The notes under the pieces: model-generated
The model's input: only the letters and a program-made list of their open reading frames with translations
Told to the model about the DNA's origin: nothing
The model's database searches: none
Part shown: piece after piece, positions 59,341-64,000 of the stretch
Layout of the letters: the number at the start of each line of letters is the position of its first letter
Position numbering within the stretch: position 1 is the stretch's first letter
DNA from: Candidatus Nomurabacteria bacterium
GTDB taxonomy: Bacteria; Patescibacteriota; Minisyncoccia; Phycocordibacterales; JAACPR01
Direction of reading: 5' to 3'
DNA length: 64,000 nt
Assembly: GCA_020632215.1 (NCBI GenBank)
Contig: JACKFZ010000001.1
Location: 17,444 to 81,443 of the forward strand
Position numbers and translations under genes: made by a program

Positions 59341-60079
59341 AAAAATAGCCACTTTTATTTTTCTTATTGCCATTATATTTTTTGGAATATACAAGATTAA
59401 TTTTATAAATGACGTTACAAGAGAAACTTCTTGTTCCATTTGCAAATTACAATCTTGGGTGGCAAGACCTTTTATTTCTATTAAAAATCATTTTGTGTTC
59501 AAACAGTCTTTAATAGATCAAATTTCTAAACAACAAGAGACAATAGAAAATCTACAACTAGATTTGTTGCAGCAAAAGATTTCTTCTATTGAAAATAAAG
59601 AGCTTAAAGATTCTGAGAAGTCGATAGGTGACGAGGAAGGTTTTAAAATTGTAAAAGTTATATCTAGACCACCGTATTCTCCTTATGATACATTGACTCT
59701 TTCGTCTGGAAGTAAAGATGGATTAAATGTTGGACAAAAAGTTTTTACCAAGGGAGTTTTTATAGGTTTTGTGCAAGAAGTCTCTGAAGATTTTTCTATA
59801 GTACAAATGATCTCATCTTCAAATGTTGAAAGTGTTGTTCGTATCAAAAATGAAATTGATGCTACCGCCACAGGTATTGGAGGTGGTCGTTTGATCATTT
59901 CTTTGCCAAAGGATATAGACGTAGAGAATGGTGATGTGGTTTATTTACCAAATATAACATCCTCTTTGGTCGGTGTGGTATCTACTATCGAAGTTGCTGA
60001 TGAATCCTTCCAGATTGTTTACTTCAATCTGCCAGTCTCTATCTCCAAGATACTCTTTGTCGAAGTTATGGTAAAGTAG
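59303..60079 (+). CDS. mreC: rod shape-determining protein MreC (putative)
   Basis: N-terminal TM helix, a coiled coil, and a C-terminal beta-domain. Placed immediately after mreB. Confidence 0.55.
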   Translation: MNYQKKRLQNRNKKIATFIFLIAIIFFGIYKINFINDVTRETSCSICKLQSWVARPFISIKNHFVFKQSLIDQISKQQETIENLQLDLLQQKISSIENKELKDSEKSIGDEEGFKIVKVISRPPYSPYDTLTLSSGSKDGLNVGQKVFTKGVFIGFVQEVSEDFSIVQMISSSNVESVVRIKNEIDATATGIGGGRLIISLPKDIDVENGDVVYLPNITSSLVGVVSTIEVADESFQIVYFNLPVSISKILFVEVMVK

Positions 60080-60088
60080 TAGTCATCT

Positions 60089-60346
60089 ATGTTGTGGCGA
60101 GTTGTCTTTGGTGTTTTAACTATATTAGCAAGCATTTTGTTGCCTTGGTGGCTTTCTATTGTATTGGCACTGGCTTGTGCGTTTTATTTCAAATTATTTT
60201 TCGAAATTGTCATCGTTGGTTTAATTATAGATTCTATATATGGTAGTGGGGTGATTGGTTATCATTTCTCTTATTTATTTACCTTAGTTATGACAATAAT
60301 TTTTATTATGATACTGAAATTAAAAGATAGCCTATCTATGTATTGA
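60089..60346 (+). CDS. MreD-like small membrane protein (putative)
   Basis: 85 aa with 2-3 TM helices, between mreC and mrdA. Confidence 0.35.
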   Translation: MLWRVVFGVLTILASILLPWWLSIVLALACAFYFKLFFEIVIVGLIIDSIYGSGVIGYHFSYLFTLVMTIIFIMILKLKDSLSMY

Positions 60347-62043
60347 TGTTTAAGAAATTTTTTAAAAAGAAAAAAGGTAGATCTTATCATTATGACATCA
60401 GTCCAGATGATATTTTTTTGGATTCACAAAATCTCCCAGATTTTAATGTCCATCAATTCGAAGGTAGAATTGAAAAACCAATAGGAAAGAAAACATTAAT
60501 TTTTTTAGGGTCAATCTTTTTGTTGATTGGTATTTTTTTCTCTTTCAGAGTCTGGGGACTACAAGTCAAGCAGGGTGAGGAATATTTGAATTTAAGTGAA
60601 CAAAACAGACTTAGACACACTTTGGTTTTTGCTAATAGAGGTAACATATATGACAAAAATGATACTCCTTTGGTTTGGAACTTACCTTCTGAGAGTAAGT
60701 ATGAGTTCAGCCAGCGAAAATATATAGAAGATGGTGGTTTTGCCAATTTGCTTGGTTATGTCAAATATCCACAAAAAGATAAGTATGGGTTTTATTACGA
60801 AGAGAGTTTTCAGCCATTTAATGGGTTGGAAGCAATTTATAATGACATACTTAGTGGTCAAAATGGCCTAAGAATTATTGAAACAGATGCTTTGCAAGAC
60901 ATAGTATCTGAAAATACAGTTAGACATCCAGAGAACGGAGAAAATATAAAATTAACTATTGATGCTGATGTGCAAAATGCATTATTCACATCTATAAAAG
61001 AAATTGCAGACCAAGTAGGTTTCAAGGGAGGAGGTGGGGTCATTATGAATATTCACAATGGAGATATTTTAGCTCTTACTAGTTATCCAGAATTTGATCC
61101 AAATGTTATGACTGATGGTTCTAATAAAGAACAAATTAGTAATTATCTCAACGATCCTTCCAACCCATTTCTTAACAGGGTTATTTCTGGTTTATACACT
61201 CCTGGTTCTATTATGAAGCCATATGTGGCTATAGGGGCTCTAAATGAGGGTGTAATCGATCAATATACCAATATAGTCAGTCGTGGTACTTTGGAAGTTC
61301 CTAATCCTTATAATCCATCGCAACCATCTGTTTTTTCTGATTGGAAAGCTCATGGTCCAGTTGATGTGAGAAAGGCCATAGCGGTCTCTTCAAATATTTA
61401 TTTTTATGTTGTTGGTGGAGGTTTTCAAGATCAAGAAGGGTTGGGGATTTCAAGACTCGAAGAGTACTATAGAAAATTTGGTTTTGGAGAAACAGTTGAT
61501 GGAGATTTTTTTGATGAACAAAAGGGAACCATTCCCAATCCAGAATGGAAAGAAAAAATATTTGACGGTGATCCGTGGCGACTTGGGGACACTTATTTTA
61601 CTGCAATTGGTCAATATGGTGTGCAGGTGACACCTATACAAGTTGTCCGAGCTGTAAGTGCGATTGCTAATGATGGAACTTTAATAAATCCAAAATTGGT
61701 TGAATCTGAAGAAACAGAAGTTGTCAGTCAGTTAGACGAAATCAGTCTGAAAAATTTTAAAATTGTTCAAGAGGGAATGAGACAATCTGTTTTGGATGGG
61801 ATCGCACGCGGTCTCAATGCTAGCTATGTTGAAATTGCTGGAAAAACTGGAACTGCGGAACTGGGTGTGACAAAAGAAAGAGTAAATTCTTGGGTTGTTG
61901 GTTTTTGGCCATATCAGAATCCAAAGTATGCTTTTGCTATTGTTATGGAGCAAGGTTTGAGAACAAACTTGATCGGAGGAGTGGCTGTTGGAAGAAGAGT
62001 TTTTGATTGGTTGCATGTATATAAGCCAGAATATTTGGAATAA
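60343..62043 (+). CDS. mrdA: penicillin-binding protein 2 (peptidoglycan D,D-transpeptidase)
   Basis: SIMKP (SxxK), AVSSNIYF (SxN) and AGKTGTAE (KTG) motifs. N-terminal TM helix. Confidence 0.85.
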   Translation: MMFKKFFKKKKGRSYHYDISPDDIFLDSQNLPDFNVHQFEGRIEKPIGKKTLIFLGSIFLLIGIFFSFRVWGLQVKQGEEYLNLSEQNRLRHTLVFANRGNIYDKNDTPLVWNLPSESKYEFSQRKYIEDGGFANLLGYVKYPQKDKYGFYYEESFQPFNGLEAIYNDILSGQNGLRIIETDALQDIVSENTVRHPENGENIKLTIDADVQNALFTSIKEIADQVGFKGGGGVIMNIHNGDILALTSYPEFDPNVMTDGSNKEQISNYLNDPSNPFLNRVISGLYTPGSIMKPYVAIGALNEGVIDQYTNIVSRGTLEVPNPYNPSQPSVFSDWKAHGPVDVRKAIAVSSNIYFYVVGGGFQDQEGLGISRLEEYYRKFGFGETVDGDFFDEQKGTIPNPEWKEKIFDGDPWRLGDTYFTAIGQYGVQVTPIQVVRAVSAIANDGTLINPKLVESEETEVVSQLDEISLKNFKIVQEGMRQSVLDGIARGLNASYVEIAGKTGTAELGVTKERVNSWVVGFWPYQNPKYAFAIVMEQGLRTNLIGGVAVGRRVFDWLHVYKPEYLE

Positions 62044-62293
62044 AGGCGCAAGACACAAAATACAAATACCAAGCAAATTATTGATAATCACGTTGTCCTG
62101 AGGGAAGACGGTCGGTTTTTATTTCTTGTAATTTGCTTGTTTTTGCTTGACTTTTGTTTCTTGTGATTTGTGCTTTTTGTTTACAGGTTGACTATATATT
62201 TCAAATAAGTATAATCAATGTCCTTATATATTTTAGTATAAGCTTCTAACTTCATTTTGGGGTTAGGGTTTTATTATTTAACTTTTCGATATT

Positions 62294-62761
62294 ATGGAAG
62301 AAGGAAAGGCATACTTATCAAAAGAGAAAATAGCTGAGCTTAATGAAGAATTGAAGAGACTTCAAACAGTCAGAAGAAAGGAAATTGCAGATCAATTGGA
62401 ATATTCAAAATCCATGGGTGATTTATCTGAAAATGCGGAATATCACGAGGCTAGAGAAGATCAGGCAAAAAATGAGTCTAGAATTCTTCAGATTGAAGAG
62501 ATCCTAAAAAATGCAGTTGTCTTGAAACATCACAGTGGAGAAAATGTTGACGTTGGTTCTACTGTTACTATTTTGAAAAAAGGAGAAGAGACAAAACATA
62601 CTTATGACATTGTTGGGCCAGAAGAAGCTGATATGGGATCTGGCAAGCTTTCCTATGAATCTCCATTAGGAGCTGCTTTGATAAATAAAAATAAAGGTGA
62701 TGAGTTTACTTTTGACTCACCAAAAGGAAAGGTTCAATACAAGATTGTTGATGTAAAGTAG
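62294..62761 (+). CDS. greA: transcription elongation factor GreA
   Basis: LSKEKIAELNEELKRL, then a coiled coil and an FKBP-like C-terminal domain. Confidence 0.9.
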   Translation: MEEGKAYLSKEKIAELNEELKRLQTVRRKEIADQLEYSKSMGDLSENAEYHEAREDQAKNESRILQIEEILKNAVVLKHHSGENVDVGSTVTILKKGEETKHTYDIVGPEEADMGSGKLSYESPLGAALINKNKGDEFTFDSPKGKVQYKIVDVK

Positions 62762-62776
62762 TGTATAATCTTTGCT

Positions 62777-64000
62777 ATGGCATCTCCAGAAGAACTACGA
62801 GAAGTACGATTACAAAAAGTCGATCTCTTGAGACAAAATAATATAGATCCCTATCCGGCTGATACAAACAAGACTCACAGTATCAGTCAAATTGTCACCG
62901 AATTTGAAAGTATTTCAAATCAAAATCAGAATGTAACAATCGTCGGGAGGATTATGTCTATGCGTGGACAAGGCGCAATCCTTTTTGCTGATTTGTACGA
63001 TGGAACAGGTAGATTCCAAATTGTTTTGAAAAAAGATGATGCTATCTCATACACAGGACATGATGTAGATGGTTTTGAAATTTTTACAGAAACAGCCGAT
63101 ACTGGAGATTTTATAGAAGTGACAGGTAATCTTTTTGTAACAAAGAGTGGTCAAAATAGTTTAGAAGTAAAGGGTTGGAGAATGTTAACAAAATCTCTCT
63201 TACCAATCCCGGATGAATTTTATGGATTGAAAGATCAAGATGAAAGATACCGGAAGCGATATTTGGATATTTTGTTAGATGAAGAAGTTAAGGATTTGTT
63301 TGTAAAAAAATCAAAATTTTGGGATGTAACCAGAAGCTTTTTTAAAGAAAGAGAATTTTTAGAAGTTGAAACTCCAACATTGGAAGTGACAACTGGTGGA
63401 GCCGAAGCTAATCCATTTAAAACTTATCATAATGATTTCGATTTGAATGTATACCTGCGAATTTCTGTTGGTGAATTGTGGCAAAAGAGATTGATGGCTG
63501 CTGGCTTAGAAAAAGTATTTGAGATAGGACGAATATATAGAAATGAAGGATCAAGTCCAGAGCATGTACAAGAATTTACTAACTTAGAATTCTATTGGGC
63601 ATATGCTGACTATCGTGATTGTATGCAGTTAACTCAGGAATTGTATAGAAAGATTGCCACTGAAGTTTTTGGTAAAACAGAATTTACAACTAGAGGACAT
63701 ACTTTTGATCTTGCTGTTGAATGGCCAGAAATTGACTATGTTTCTGAAGTAAAAAATCAAACAGGTATTGATCCTCTTCTTGACTCAGAAGAATCAATGA
63801 AAGCAAAACTAGATGAGTTGGGAGTTAAATATGAAGGAGAAAATAGAGAGAGACTAGTAGATTCCCTTTGGAAATATTGTCGAAAAAACATTTCAGGCCC
63901 AGCTTTTTTGGTTAATCATCCTGAATTAGTTTCACCACTTTCAAAACAATTACCAGATCGACCACATCAAACACAAAGGTTTCAAATTATTTTAGCTGGT
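62777..64000 (+). CDS. lysS: lysyl-tRNA synthetase, class II (3' partial, runs off the window)
   Basis: The ATG at 62777 opens a frame running to the window end. N-terminal OB anticodon-binding domain, then the IYRNEGSSPEHVQEFTNLEFYWAYADY class II motif region. Confidence 0.85.
   Translation, partial: MASPEELREVRLQKVDLLRQNNIDPYPADTNKTHSISQIVTEFESISNQNQNVTIVGRIMSMRGQGAILFADLYDGTGRFQIVLKKDDAISYTGHDVDGFEIFTETADTGDFIEVTGNLFVTKSGQNSLEVKGWRMLTKSLLPIPDEFYGLKDQDERYRKRYLDILLDEEVKDLFVKKSKFWDVTRSFFKEREFLEVETPTLEVTTGGAEANPFKTYHNDFDLNVYLRISVGELWQKRLMAAGLEKVFEIGRIYRNEGSSPEHVQEFTNLEFYWAYADYRDCMQLTQELYRKIATEVFGKTEFTTRGHTFDLAVEWPEIDYVSEVKNQTGIDPLLDSEESMKAKLDELGVKYEGENRERLVDSLWKYCRKNISGPAFLVNHPELVSPLSKQLPDRPHQTQRFQIILAG

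Overview
This is a low-GC (~33%) window with small, tightly packed genes. The gene set resembles a Patescibacteria/CPR-like bacterium, but that is an inference I cannot verify here. Most of the window is housekeeping backbone: a Ca-type P-type ATPase, mscL, lexA, gdhA, a complete F-type ATP synthase operon (atpZ-B-E-F-H-A-G-D-C), then cmk and adk. Further on come murI, csp, a VanY-like carboxypeptidase, a cell-envelope glycosylation cluster, def-fmt, a priA-like gene, frr, rseP, proS, greA and lysS. There are two mreB copies, and the second sits in a mreC-mreD-mrdA cluster. The main feature is an ~11.9 kb integrated island at 33213-45065, inserted at the 3' end of a tRNA-Asn(GTT) gene. It is bounded by a 17-bp direct repeat and ends in a large serine recombinase whose 3' end overlaps the tRNA. 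The island carries a HicB/HicA pair, a leaderless XRE regulator, a DUF4145/zinc-ribbon protein and an iteron-like array. Its core is a translationally coupled two-gene cassette encoding a PLD-nuclease/SNF2-helicase fusion (1097 aa) and an Eco57I/PglX-like gamma-class N6-adenine DNA methyltransferase (1064 aa). This looks like a pared-down DISARM-like or R-M-like defense module, with no DrmA/DrmB, PglZ or BrxC partners. Other oddities are two tandem GC-rich (45-55%) mini-cassettes with conserved ends between adk and a membrane-protein gene, (TTCTACA)n heptamer arrays flanking def, and stop-codon-rich (AGTAAAT)n inverted repeats in many intergenic regions. There is also a 32-aa lysine-rich ORF with its own terminator, a secreted poly-Asp/Glu repeat protein, a PriA homolog whose ATPase motifs are degenerate, and two GC-rich structured intergenic elements that could be small RNAs.
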